Assembly (NCBI GenBank): GCA_964016885.1
Contig: OZ024743.1
Span: forward strand, 305,226,001 to 305,290,000
DNA: 64,000 bases
Direction: 5' to 3'
Source of the DNA: Eledone cirrhosa
Taxonomy: Eukaryota
The notes under the pieces are model-generated. The model was not told the DNA's origin and made no database searches. It worked only from the letters and a program-made list of their open reading frames with translations. The translations under genes and the position numbers were made by a program. The number at the start of each line of letters is the position of its first letter. Positions within the stretch are counted from its first letter, which is position 1. Shown here piece after piece: positions 23,730 to 35,110 of the stretch.

Positions 23730-23987
23730 AGTTTGATTTGAGGGTAATTAAGTTGACACTTCAAACAGGTTGAGTGGCTGCATAGACATTCTATCGTTCA
23801 CTTCACTGTTTCAGATCATCATCATGATCATTGTTTAATGTCCATTTTCCATGTTAGAATTAGCATGGGAAATGGACATTAAACAATGATCATGATGATG
23901 ATCTGAAACAGTGAAGTGAACGATAGAATGTCTATGCAGCCACTCAACCTATTTGAAGTGTCAACTTAATTACCCTCAAATCAAACT
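23730..23987. repeat. 258-bp near-perfect palindrome (about 127-bp arms, 4-nt loop)
   Basis: agtttgatttgagggtaattaag...ccatgtta-gaat-tagcatgg...cttaattaccctcaaatcaaact. About three mismatches seen. Confidence 0.97.
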
Positions 23988-24249
23988 TTACCATATTAGA
24001 AAATAAGGTTACATAGGGTTGTTTCTTTCATTTTAGAAATGTTCTTAAAGGTGGTTTAAACCAAAATGATTACAATATTGATTGTTTGACTAGTCAGTTG
24101 GTGGATGAATAATAAGCAAACAAATGTTTATTAAACTAAGGAGAAAATGTGATGAAAACCATAAAATATAAATGAGAATGAGGAAACAAAAAAGGAAGAG
24201 AAAAGAAAAGGAAAAGGAAATTAAGCAGTGAAGCAAAGGAAAAGGCAGG

Positions 24250-25000
24250 AGGGAATGACAGCTTGACACCTCAATCTGAGTGGTAAGTTTCAGCTGTGCC
24301 CCATGGACAAAATGGTGATGGCATTGCAATATAGAAGAGCCACATCACAACATAGGGCTTCTTCCTTAGGAAGGTTGCTGTCTTTCCAATTTTGTGGAGG
24401 AAAACAGCAGTGTGGGGTCTGAGAACAATTAAAGTCATGATGGTAACTAGCATGAAATGCAAGCGGACAGTTAAGCCCCGGTATTTGGTTATCATCATCT
24501 ACCCTGCATTGCAAGCAGTGGTGCCTAGGTTTTCAGCCAAAGCAACAAGGCTGGTGTTGCAGCATGTGGCATTGTAACACATGGCATCCCAGTATGTGAC
24601 ATCCCAGATTAGAGATTTACTTCACTTCAATGGGAAGAGAGTTATCACGTTTGAGTGTTTACCATCCCCATGGGGAGATATATTTTTTGTTTTTGTATTT
24701 TTTCAATCTATTTCAGAATGATGGGTGCATGTGGAAATTGCATGTACTAATTTTGTAAGTAATACTCTAATGACAGTTGAACTTGTGCTATTTAGGGGTT
24801 GAATAACTGTTGAAAGTTGCTGGGGGGGGTTCAGCAACTATTCAAAGCTGATTTTAGGAGGTCAGTAATTGTTTGCTGCTGCTTTGTAGGGAGTCAGCTG
24901 AAATATTTTTTAATCCTGAAGACTGAAAAAGAAATCCGAGTCTTTGCAGCTCTTCCCAAACTAGTGAGGCCAAGTGAGGCCAAAGCAGAGTGTATTTTCC
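24250..25000 (-). mobile_element. Possible very old Penelope-like remnant
   Basis: Scattered peptide traces (PPSNFQQL, LQC, CPLAFHA..HHDF) in the order thumb-linker-GIY-YIG. No intact motif. Confidence 0.3.
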
Positions 25001-25102
25001 AAAACACATATTAGTGCTTCGTTTAACGTCTGAAGGAATAGTGTAAGCACAGAATGGAAGGAAAAAAATAAATGGAAGAGTGAAGGACAAGGTGCTGCTG
25101 GG

Positions 25103-25142
<40 letters not shown>

Positions 25143-25784
25143 TGTATGTATATATATATGTATGTATATATATATGTATGTATATATATATATGTATATA
25201 TGTATGTATATATATATATATCATCATCATCATTTTACGTCTGCTTTTCCCTGCTTTGGGTTGGACGGGTCCTATTCACCATAGCATCCCTCCACTCGTC
25301 ACTGTCCTTCGTCATCTCCTCGGTGAGTTTCAGTGATTTGAGGTCTGCTCTCACCACCCCCGCCCATGTTTTCATTATAGAAATGACCACTACAGAATTA
25401 AAACTGTTTCATTTATAAGAAATCACCAGGTAACAGTTCAAGTCCCGAAGAATAATAAAATGAACATACCTACACTCTACTAATGCATTGAGTACCTTTT
25501 TAACAGTGATCACCTAGCAATTTACATTGGGATCCTACATATATATATATATATATATATATTTCGTTTCTGAATTTGTTTAGCAAGATTCTTTATCTGA
25601 AATCGTGTGTTGAAACCGATATTGTTATACTTTGGGAGGGTCATGTTGCCAATAAGAAACACACGCACCAGTTGCTTTCACTTCAATTTATTATATATTT
25701 ATAAATTTATAAATTTACAAATCTACAAACTTATAAATTTCTGGTTGGTTGGTTGGTTCCACAACCAGATAGTTGTTTATATAT

Positions 25785-25829
25785 AGTCATAGTCCTTTCA
25801 TCACACACTCTGTGACCTCTTCAGTGACT
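25785..25829 (-). ncRNA. Type I hammerhead ribozyme in inverted pLTR copy
   Basis: Reverse complement of the 28145 motif with one C>T change that turns the closing G-C pair of stem II into G-U. Confidence 0.78.
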
Positions 25830-26584
25830 GGGGATTCCTTTCTTTGTTTCTATGCCTTTCCTTTCTTCTGTCCTACGCCATTTTGTTTCTGTGTGTGTGT
25901 TGTGTGCTCAGTTTATGCATGCGCCACATCCGGGTGTCTGTGTGAGTTTGTGTTCATTTATCTATTTGTTTATTTATTTACATGTTGTTGGTTGGTTGTT
26001 TGTTCTATGTGTGTGTGTGTTTTCATTTTGTCCTTAATTGTAAGTTGTGATGTTGCTGTTCCACTCATATTTTCTATTTAATTTTGGTTGTAATTCTTTT
26101 AGGCTTACTGCCTCTGTAATTTGCCTAAACATTGCATCTTTTCTGTGTGTGGATTCTATTTTTATTTCTATGTTCTCTAATTTACCCTTGTGTTTTATCT
26201 TAGCATGTTGGTAGAGTACAGATGATTCTTTATTATCTTGAAGGTCTCGCCAGTGTTCATTTATCCGTTCCCCTATACTACGAGCTGTCTCACCTATGTA
26301 AACTATATTTTTGTTTCTACATTGTCCTTCAGTACATCTTATGCTATACACTACATTTCTAGTTTTACAGTTAATATGGGGGCTTATTTTACAGGTTAAA
26401 CATTTCTTATCTATACATGAGGGTCTTTGGAACGGGTATGTCTTGCTAATAAGTGTTTTTACGGAGGTACCTGGTCTTTCTACTATCTTAATATTGAGTT
26501 TATGTTTATTTAGGGCCCTTCTAAATTTGTAGGCTAGTTCGCCTCTAGGGGTTGTATTGATGAACATTACACTCTGGTATTTAT

Positions 26585-27940
26585 GTGCAATCATTTTGCA
26601 CGTGCGGTAGGGGCCAGCATAAAATTAACCCTTAAGGAACATATGTTCAAATTTAATGGAAAAACATATGCCCAAGAGGAAGGAGCAGCCATTGGTGTTA
26701 GCATTGCAGGTGACATAGCTAACTTATTCATGGTATGGTGGGACAGTAGACTTAAACTTAAACTTAAAGAACAATTAGAAGACAGCTTAACCCTGATAAT
26801 GTACTCCCGCTACGTAGATGATATAAACATCGTAGTTAAGACACCCCCACTAGAGAACAGTCAGGAACTAGAGAAAAACACAATGGAAAGCATCCAGCAA
26901 ATAGCAAACTCCATCCACCAGAGCATTAGAGTTACTATAGACTACCCAATAGACACCCCAATCATCGATTACCTGTACTAGACACAGAGCTCTGGTTAGA
27001 TACCATTAACAACCAAAAACAAATCCTCCATTCCCATTATGCCAAACCCATGACTTCCAAACATCTGATCCACCGAAACTCGGCCATTTCGGACCATACC
27101 AAAATCAACATACTGATTGCGGATTTGGTACGGGTGATGAGAAATGTGTCCCGCATGTGCAACCCCGAAGAACTAGAGAGACACATACAACACTTCATCC
27201 ACCGTATGCAGTTCTCTGGCTACAATCAGAGAGATAGTATCAGAGTGTATAGAGGAGCCAGAACCAAATGGGAAAAAATGGTAAATAATGACATAAATGG
27301 GACCTGCCCCTTGTATAGGAGCAAATTTTGGAATAGAATAGAAAGAACTAGGAACAAGGCCAATAGAATAAACTCATGGTATGATACCAATAAATACCAG
27401 AGTGTAATGTTCATCAATACAACCCCTAGAGGCGAACTAGCCTACAAATTTAGAAGGGCCCTAAATAAACATAAACTCAATATTAAGATAGTAGAAAGAC
27501 CAGGTACCTCCGTAAAAACACTTATTAGCAAGACATACCCGTTCCAAAGACCCTCATGTATAGACAAGAAATGTATAACCTGTAAAATAAGCCCCCATAT
27601 TAACTGTAAAACTAGAAATGTAGTGTATAGCATAAGATGTACTGAAGGACAATGTAGAAACAAAAATATAGTGTACATAGGTGAGACAGCTCGTAGTATA
27701 GGGGAACGGATAAATGAACACTGGCGAGACCTTCAAGATAATAAAGAATCATCTGTACTCTACCAACATGCTAAGATAGAACACAAGGGTAAATTAGAGA
27801 ACATAGAAATAAAAATAGAATCCACACACAGAAAAGATGCAATGTTTAGGCAAATTACAGAGGCAGTAAGCATAAAAGAATTACAACCAAAATTAAATAG
27901 AAAATATGAGTGGAACAGCAACATCACAACTTACAATTAA
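26585..27940 (+). pseudogene. PLE RT-GIY-YIG ORF, 5'-truncated, with a single frameshift
   Basis: The two ORF-track entries join with one frameshift near 26950 to read IDYP.RHPNHRLPVLDTELWLDTINNQKQILHSHYAKPMTSKHLI. Confidence 0.9.
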
Positions 27941-28144
27941 GGACAAAATGAAAACACACACACACATAGAACAAACAACCAACCAACAACATGTAAATAA
28001 ATAAACAAATAGATAAATGAACACAAACACACACAGACACCTGGATGTGGCGCATGCACAAACTGAGCACACAACACACACACAGAAACAAAATGGCGTA
28101 GGACAGAAGAAAGGAAAGGCACAGAAACAAAGAAAGGAATCCCC

Positions 28145-28189
28145 AGTCACTGAAGAGGTCACAGAGTGTGTGACGAAAGGACTATGACT
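28145..28189 (+). ncRNA. Type I hammerhead ribozyme in PLE 3' pLTR
   Basis: AGTCA-CTGAAGA-G-GTCACA(GAGTG)TGTGAC-GAAA-GGAC-TA-TGACT. Stem I AGTCA/TGACT, 6-bp stem II, minimal stem III, CUA cleavage triplet ending at 28184. Confidence 0.85.
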
Positions 28190-28339
28190 ATATATAAACA
28201 ACTATCTGGTTGTGGAACCAACCAACCAACCAGAAATTTATAAGTTTGTAGATTTGTAAATTTATAAATATATAATAAATAGAAGTGAAAGCAACTGGTG
28301 CGTGTGTTTCTTATTGGCAACATGACCCTCCCAAAGTAT

Positions 28340-28381
<42 letters not shown>

Positions 28382-28739
28382 TATATCAAGCATTAACCTA
28401 ACATATACCTTCCATAAACTGTACCAATTGTGTTGTTATTTCTGTTTAACTTTTACATACATATATATGTATATATATATATATATATATATGTGTGTAT
28501 TAAACCAAACTGTTAATAAGCAGGAAAGAAGACAAGGTGCTGATTCCATCAGGGAAGTGATCTTACTCAATATGTAGACAAGGTGTTGGCATAATCTCTA
28601 TCAATATACACAATGCAAATCTTAGGAATACTAGAAGTATAGTGGGATAGCAGGCAGACTAACAGAAAAGGAAGACTTTGTATGTAATAAATGTTCAGGG
28701 ATAATTCATGGTAAGAGTGCCAGTTATATAAACCTTTCC

Positions 28740-29300
28740 AAATCTCAGGGAAGAATGATCCATAGAAGTGGTTGATAGCTTCTGGTACCTTGGTGATATG
28801 GTTAGCAGTAGAGGAGGGTGCTGCAAGAGCATAGTAGTTAGAATAAGGATAGGCTGGAAGAAGTTTAGAGAGCTATGCCTGCTGTCAACAACAATTAAAG
28901 GTTGGCTGTATGACAAATGCATGCAAAGTGCAATGCTGCATGGTAGTGAAACATGAGCAGTGAACACAGAGGACATGGAATGACTGGGGAGAAATTAAAC
29001 AACCATGTTTCAATGGATGTGAAATACTAATATGTATAAAAAATAAAACACAGATGAACTGAGAGAGAAGGTAGGCATAAGTGGAATCAAATTTAGTGTG
29101 AAACAGAGAAGACTGCGCTTGTATGGATATGTGATGTGCATGGATGGTGATGACTGGGTGTAGGAGTATCAAGAAATGCTAGTGGGGGGAGCTACAGTAG
29201 AGAAAGACCAAGGAAGATCCCATTGGAAGTGGTGAGAGCTGATCTCAAATTACTGAAGCTGAGGAGATAGCAAAAGAATGGGATGAGTGTTGAGATGTTG
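28740..29300 (+). mobile_element. RTE LINE C-terminal remnant
   Basis: IEVVDSFWYLGD...RIRIGWKKFREL...LYDKCMQSAMLHGSET and RRLRLYGYV. Homologous to about 9230-9700. Confidence 0.8.
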
Positions 29301-29354
29301 CACTAAGAGCTTCGAACAGTAGATGTAAAATGGTGCTACTCCTGATATATATAT

Positions 29355-29621
29355 ATCACCTTGATCACCTTGACCGACCAGTCTGTCGGGCGCCAATCGC
29401 TGCCGCTGGTCACAGCACATCATGCTGTTTTAGCCATAAGATAATGACATCCCACTGGCTGGGTAGGTAGGCCGGTATTCATTTCTACAGCTGAGTAAAC
29501 TGGAGCAACGTGAAATAAAGTGTCTTGTTCAAGGAAACAACACATCACCCAGTCCGAGAATTGAACTCACAACCTTTCGATTGCAACCCCAATGCTTTAA
29601 CCACTAAGCCATGTGCCTTCA
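29355..29621 (-). mobile_element. SINE family 2 head with a different 3' tail
   Basis: About 29480-29621 is the reverse complement of 29641-29782. The remainder is unrelated and ends caaggtgatcaaggtgat(AT)n. Confidence 0.82.
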
Positions 29622-29640
29622 CTATATATATATATATATA

Positions 29641-29970
29641 TGGAGGCACATGGCTTAGTGGTTAGAGCATTGGCCTTGCAATCGAAAGGTTGTGAGTTCA
29701 ATTCTCAGACCGGGTGATGTGTTGTTTCCTTGAGCAAGACACTTTATTTCACATTGCTCCAGTTTACTCAGCTGTAGAAATGAGATGGTAGGGACTGGGT
29801 CCCTATCATTCCACTGTAAAGTGGTCGGCAAAAAAAGCACCCACCACTCACTGTAAATGAGGTTGGTGTTAGGAAGGGCATCCAGCTGTAGAAATCATGC
29901 CAAAAAATCAGTTCCCATCCCACCTTTGCAAGCAGGGAAAAGCGGACATAAAATAAAATGAATGAATGAA
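29641..29970 (+). mobile_element. SINE family 2 copy with RTE-type tail
   Basis: Same structure as 21738-22085. Confidence 0.88.
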
Positions 29971-30472
29971 TATATATATATATATATATATATAATAGAG
30001 AGAGAGAGAGATGCACACACACACATATATGTATATATATATGTGTGTGTGAGTGTGCATGCATGTGAATGTAGAAGGAATGCTACACATTGAAGATTGG
30101 TGCTCAATAAAGGTGGGAAATTAAAGTAAACTGGTGGTTAGAAAGAGTGTGTATACGAACAAGAACAAGTTTAGTTATAAGTTAATTGTTGAATAAGACA
30201 ACATAATGGTAGTAAGTGAATATAAACTATGATTTCACAACTGGGTTCCAGTAACTATACAATATAGACAACCACGCTCCCTTTTAATAAACAGACAAAA
30301 GGAAATCTAATCAAGAATATATTGTGTATGTATGTGTGTGTGTGTGAGAGAGAGAGAGAGAAATTACTAACCCCAGTACTGGACTATTCATTGACCATGA
30401 AAATATGAAAAGCAAAGTTGACATCAGCAAAATTTGACCAGGGTGCAGAGAAAGCCAGAACATATCGGTGCT

Positions 30473-30727
30473 GCTAAATAAGCTATAGCTTAAGGCCACA
30501 CACCCTCAGGGGCCTCAGTGTAGCTATTGCTGGACTTATCTACAAGCTAAATAAGCTATACCTTAGGGCCACACCCCTCGGGGTCCTCTGTGAAGTTATT
30601 TCTGGACTCACTCACAAGCTAAATAAGCAATATTAAGGCCATAGACACTCGGAGACATCAGTGTATCCAGTATTGAATTTACCTCTAAGCTAAATAATCC
30701 ATAGCTTAGGGCCACACATCCTCAGGT
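30473..30727. repeat. About 72-bp diverged tandem repeat x3.5
   Basis: gctaaataa...ggcca recurs at about 30473, 30546, 30618 and 30689. Confidence 0.85.
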
Positions 30728-31319
30728 GACTCATTTAAAAAAAAGTATTCTTATTTTGTTATTAGTTTTATTCTTTAACACTTAATCATCAAACAATATG
30801 TATATATGTTTTATCTTTATCATTAATATAAAATATATTTATTATATTTTTTTAGTGAAGGGCCTCAAATTTCATATAGCTTATGGCTTCATACCGAGGA
30901 ATGTCCAGCCTTACATATCATCGAGGTATTTTTTAATCTGATGTCATAATAGAAAGTTACAAATCCAAGAGATGACAAATTTCTTGAGTAGTTTCAAGAG
31001 ATTCACACACAAGAAAGAATCAAAAGTGTTGCTGATGTTGATGGCAATGACACTGTTTTCACCATGTTTCTCTTGGATGAGATGCCATTAGTAAACAACA
31101 TAAGAAATATATTTCTAGTAGATCTGACATTACAGAAGCTGTATTGGTGGCTATTTAGGAGAGTGTGCCATGTGTATCCTAGTTTTTAGAATAGTTACAC
31201 AATATTTCTGCAGGTTGTAAAAGGTGACAAAAGGGGATGGTATCATGAAGGGGATTTGGCTGTAAAACATTGTCTCAAAGGATTCCATCTAATCTATATC
31301 TGATATCTGTCTTGAGCCT

Positions 31320-31530
31320 GGAGGCTTATAGGCTTATCCTGGTTTCCATGCTATGAGCGACTGAGGGTACAAGACTCCCCATTGGATATGATGCAGGATT
31401 AAACTCCAAGCTATTGCTGGTACTCATACTGGAGCAACATAAAATGAAATGTTTTGCTTAAGAACACGAGACACAACCCAGTGCAGGAATCGAACCTATG
31501 GCATTATGATTGTCTAACACCCTTACTGCT
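31320..31530 (-). mobile_element. Diverged tRNA-SINE remnant
   Basis: Reverse-complement B box ggttcgattcc and ttgctccagt core, similar to family 2. Confidence 0.5.
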
Positions 31531-32381
31531 AGGCTACATGCCTCCATCCCACCCATGCCAGCATGATGAAATGGATCTAAAAACGATTATGATGATGACG
31601 ATGATTATTCAAGGTTTTGGTGGAAGTTATTATTAATAGCTGTCTCCAATAGTTTTGTGATATTGGAAGTGAATCTTGTTAAACATTTGTCAGTTTCAGA
31701 GGATTTTTACTTATTGGGAATGGGACACACTTTAATATGTTTGTAAATATCAAGCTCTATCCCTGTGAAGAGAGAGAAAGACAGAGATTGAAATGTTAGG
31801 TGAGAATGGGGGTAGCTGTAAGGTGATGGAAGGGACATTGTCATTGCTAGTGATCCAGCTGGTTTAAAGCAACTGGAGTTATTTTCAAGCACACTGTGGG
31901 TGTAGATTGAGTGTTGTATTCAATAGAGTGGAAGTGGTTAGATCTGGAAGAAATTTATCAAGTGTATGCAATGTGGAGTTGGATGCAAAGTAAAGAAAGA
32001 ATGAAGGTGGAGGTTTTCTCCATGGGAGTAATGCCAACAGAACTATCATCATTAAGAAATTGAGGAAAAAGTGGATTCTGTAAATATGATGGAGATCCTT
32101 TTGCGAAAGGATCAGAAAGATCAACTGCAGTTTTGGAGGTGTGAATGAAATCCAATGCATGAAGGCATACTTCGCTATTTAGAGAGTGGTTTTGCAACAA
32201 TTGCAGTTCAGAGTAAATGCTGTCTAGTTTGTTACTTTTTTTATTATTGAGTTGTTGTATTGTTCTTTGTCAGGAGGGTTTCTTTCTCCAGGTATTGTAG
32301 ATCTTATTTTTTAGCCATGAGTTGCCATGAAACACGTTTTTAGGAGCCTTAAGATTCAATTTGTAAAATAAAAATTAAGGT

Positions 32382-32417
<36 letters not shown>

Positions 32418-32624
32418 TTTGCACACTTAACAAAAATGATTCTATGACATGACAAATGGGAAAGTTTATTTGATGTCTCTTCCATTGTTTTTCTCTCTCT
32501 GTACTTATTATTTTCTGTGTCTATACTTCCCTTTCTTTCTGCTTAGTGTAGTGTATAATAAAGAATATAGCTTACAAAGATGTTCTCTCATGAGATTCTA
32601 CCTCCAGTATTATTTATGTGAACT

Positions 32625-32840
32625 AAGGGTGGTAGATTGGTAGTAATCGATAGAGCATCAGCTAGCATGCTTTACGACATATAGTTACGTCCCTTTATGT
32701 TCAAATCTCGCCGAGGTTAGCTTTGTCATTCAAACTTACAGGGTCAATAAAATAAAGAACCACAAAGCACTGAGGTCTATTCAATCGAATTCCCATCCCC
32801 CAAATTATTGGCCTGGTGCCTAAATCAGAAACCATTATTT
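32625..32840 (+). mobile_element. SINE family 1 copy (further diverged copies at about 3995-4200, 30350-30470, 33430-33640, 34270-34475)
   Basis: Head agggtggtagattggtagtaatcgatagag, B box gttcaaatc, tail ggcctggtgcctaaatcagaaaccattatt. Confidence 0.8.
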
Positions 32841-33099
32841 ATGTAAACTGTAGAATCTCAAGTCAAAGCATATCAGAAAAAAATACAATTTGAAAACAAA
32901 CTATATATGTCATGGTTCTTTACAGAAGTCAACTAGACGAGTTAGTATAATCGATTGTTCCCTACCATTATATCTACAGTCTTATACTTACTTAAGAAAA
33001 TAATGAATTTTGAATATTTAGATTCGTTCTTCTATATTTTAAATTCAAATATCTGGTGACAGCTTTCCAATACTCCGTCACATTTTGATAAAAAAAGGT

Positions 33100-33345
33100 A
33101 TTCATAGACGAGAGTTTATTCAAAGGGCAATAATTCACTTCGCTTCCTCGCTTCCTTACAACAATAAAATAAGTCATTCATAGACCAGAGTTTATTCAAA
33201 GGGGAATAATTCACTCCGCTTCCCTACGACAATAGAATAAGTCATTCATATAGGAGAGTTTATTCAAAGGGGAATAATTCACTCCGCTTCCCTACGACAA
33301 TAGAATAAGTCATTCATATAGTAGAGCTTGTTCAAAAGGGAATAG
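33100..33345. repeat. 68-bp tandem repeat x3.5
   Basis: tcata...gagtttattcaaaggggaataattcactccgcttccctacgacaatagaataagtcat. Confidence 0.92.
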
Positions 33346-33794
33346 TTAAATTAGTATTACAGAAGACAGATGTGAACTGTCAAATCGTTGTTACATGGGT
33401 TGTCAAGGGGAATTATTAAATCATTATTACACAGGAGAAGGGCAGTAGAATCGGTAGAGTATCTGACAAAATATTTTGTGGCCTTTTCGTGATGATTTCT
33501 ACGTTTTGAGATCAAATACCACCAAGGTCATCTCTACTTTCATCATTTCTGGGTCAATAAAATAAAGTACGAGTTCAGTATAATCGACTTTCTCCTTCCC
33601 CCAAATTGCTGTCCTTGTGCTAATATTCGAAAGAATTATTGCCCAGGAGATCGTGTATTCTTACTGCCCGGTTTTTTTTTTGTTGGTCTGTCAAAATCTA
33701 TAATCCACCAAAGACTAATGCTAAAACTTTCAGTTTTACTATAAAATAAACAATGAACTACCAAAAGATGTTAAAATCGAAATATTTTTCTTAC

Positions 33795-34035
33795 CCTGAT
33801 TTGAGTGACAGAGAAATGCATACATATTTCCATTCATCATCTAGACTGCCTTTTAATGATAGCATCTTAGTCTTTATTCCATGAGTACTTTTAATATAGA
33901 CATTTAGGCTCCCTGTGTCTTTTCCATACATGTGATAGTAGAATGTAAGACTCTTCATATTATATCTGAAGCTATTTGTTGTCAATGTTGTTTTGTCTAT
34001 TAAGGGAATACCTCCAGTGGCTAGCATATATTTCC
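33795..34035 (-). CDS. Exon of tandem MAM-domain protein (MAM repeat A, central part)
   Basis: Acceptor ttttacAG at 34036-34037 and donor GTAAG at 33794. Translates (G)KYMLATGGIPLIDKTTLTTNSFRYNMKSLTFYYHMYGKDTGSLNVYIKSTHGIKTKMLSLKGSLDDEWKYVCISLSLKS(G). L.FYYHMYG...G.L.V is a MAM hallmark. Ends in phase 2. Confidence 0.88.
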
Positions 34036-34110
34036 CTGTAAAATTAAATATACAATGTTCAAAGATATGAAAAATAATGCATCTATGTGATTTGTTGACA
34101 ATATACTTAC

Positions 34111-34144
34111 CAGAACATGGCATAATGACAACTATCAGTCTCAT
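34111..34144 (-). CDS. Possible short upstream exon of the MAM gene (MRLIVVIMPCS-G)
   Basis: Strong donor G|GTAAGT at 34110 gives a 75-nt phase-1 intron compatible with the next exon. The peptide lacks MAM N-half motifs, so the match may be fortuitous. Confidence 0.25.
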
Positions 34145-35110
34145 TTGGTTTGGATTTCGGCTAATATGTATATATAAAACGGTTCAGTTTAGAAAACTGC
34201 AAAGTAATTTCTTAAAGTAATACTTTAAACATTTTAGATGGTAAATATTGTGTTGTTATATCATTTATTAGGGTGATGGATTGACAGTAATTGGTAGAGC
34301 GTCGAACATTTAGTTACCACTTTGCAGTATTTAGTTATCACTATCTACGTTCGGTGTTCAAATACCGTCGAGAGCAACTTTCCCTTTCATCTTTTTAGGA
34401 TCGATAAAATAAAGTACCAGTTAAGTACTGGGGTCGACATAATCGACTACCCCACCCAAATTGCTGCCAAAGAATTATATCCTTCATTCACAACATTTAC
34501 TTTATTTTCCTTTGCCCGTAAAATCTGTCCAGCGATTCTATCCTGAGACATTCTAACCACATGTCCATAGAATTGGATCACTCAATTCAGAGAAGTAGCA
34601 ACTCTACCTAGAGTGGCTTTCTAATCTCCGTGCTCTGCTCTCTATCGAGTAACGTTACCCCAAAGACCCTTCGGAGGAAACACATTTCGTCCGCTTGTAT
34701 TAGCGATCATATCATTTCGGTCGTTACCTACGATTCATGATTATAGTTAAGGGTTGGCATACATACCGAATTGAAGATAGTGAGTTTGGCCTTTACCTCC
34801 CCCCCCCCTACCCGTCCTCCGATTACTGAACGCTGAAGTTGGCACATTACTGCACCAGCTACTGCAATTGTTGTACTTAATCTTGTCTCCTGCCTTCCAT
34901 CACCAGTAAAAGAAAAGATAACAAGAGAAGGAATATCATTCTATATATATGTAAGGGTTTCTTTCCATCATTTGCAAAGTATTTTGATATATGAAATTCA
35001 TAATAAATAACTAATGAATTTAAGTTTAGTCCCTTAAACTCTCTAATAATATAGATATAGCATACATACATACATACATACATACATACATACATACATA
35101 CATACATACA

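Larger units (their letters stand above)
25561..28347 (+). mobile_element. Penelope-like retroelement: 5'-truncated RT + GIY-YIG with about 1-kb inverted duplication of its 3' half
   Basis: RT motifs YAQEEGAAIG...FMVWWD...YSRYVDD (26583-26981), Cys linker CxxxxCxxC...C, and VVY.I.C...YIGETAR GIY-YIG (27050-27940). About 25620-26584 is the reverse complement of about 27390-28347. Both outer ends are in (TA)n. Confidence 0.95.

Noticed and set aside
26034-26594. Independent GIY-YIG nuclease gene on the minus strand
   Set aside because: It is the inverted duplicate of the PLE 3' half. Its start codon is created by the inversion junction.
31700-32300. Possible PLE/LINE remnant (also 18560-19300)
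   Set aside because: The composition suggests decayed coding sequence, but no motif could be read with confidence.
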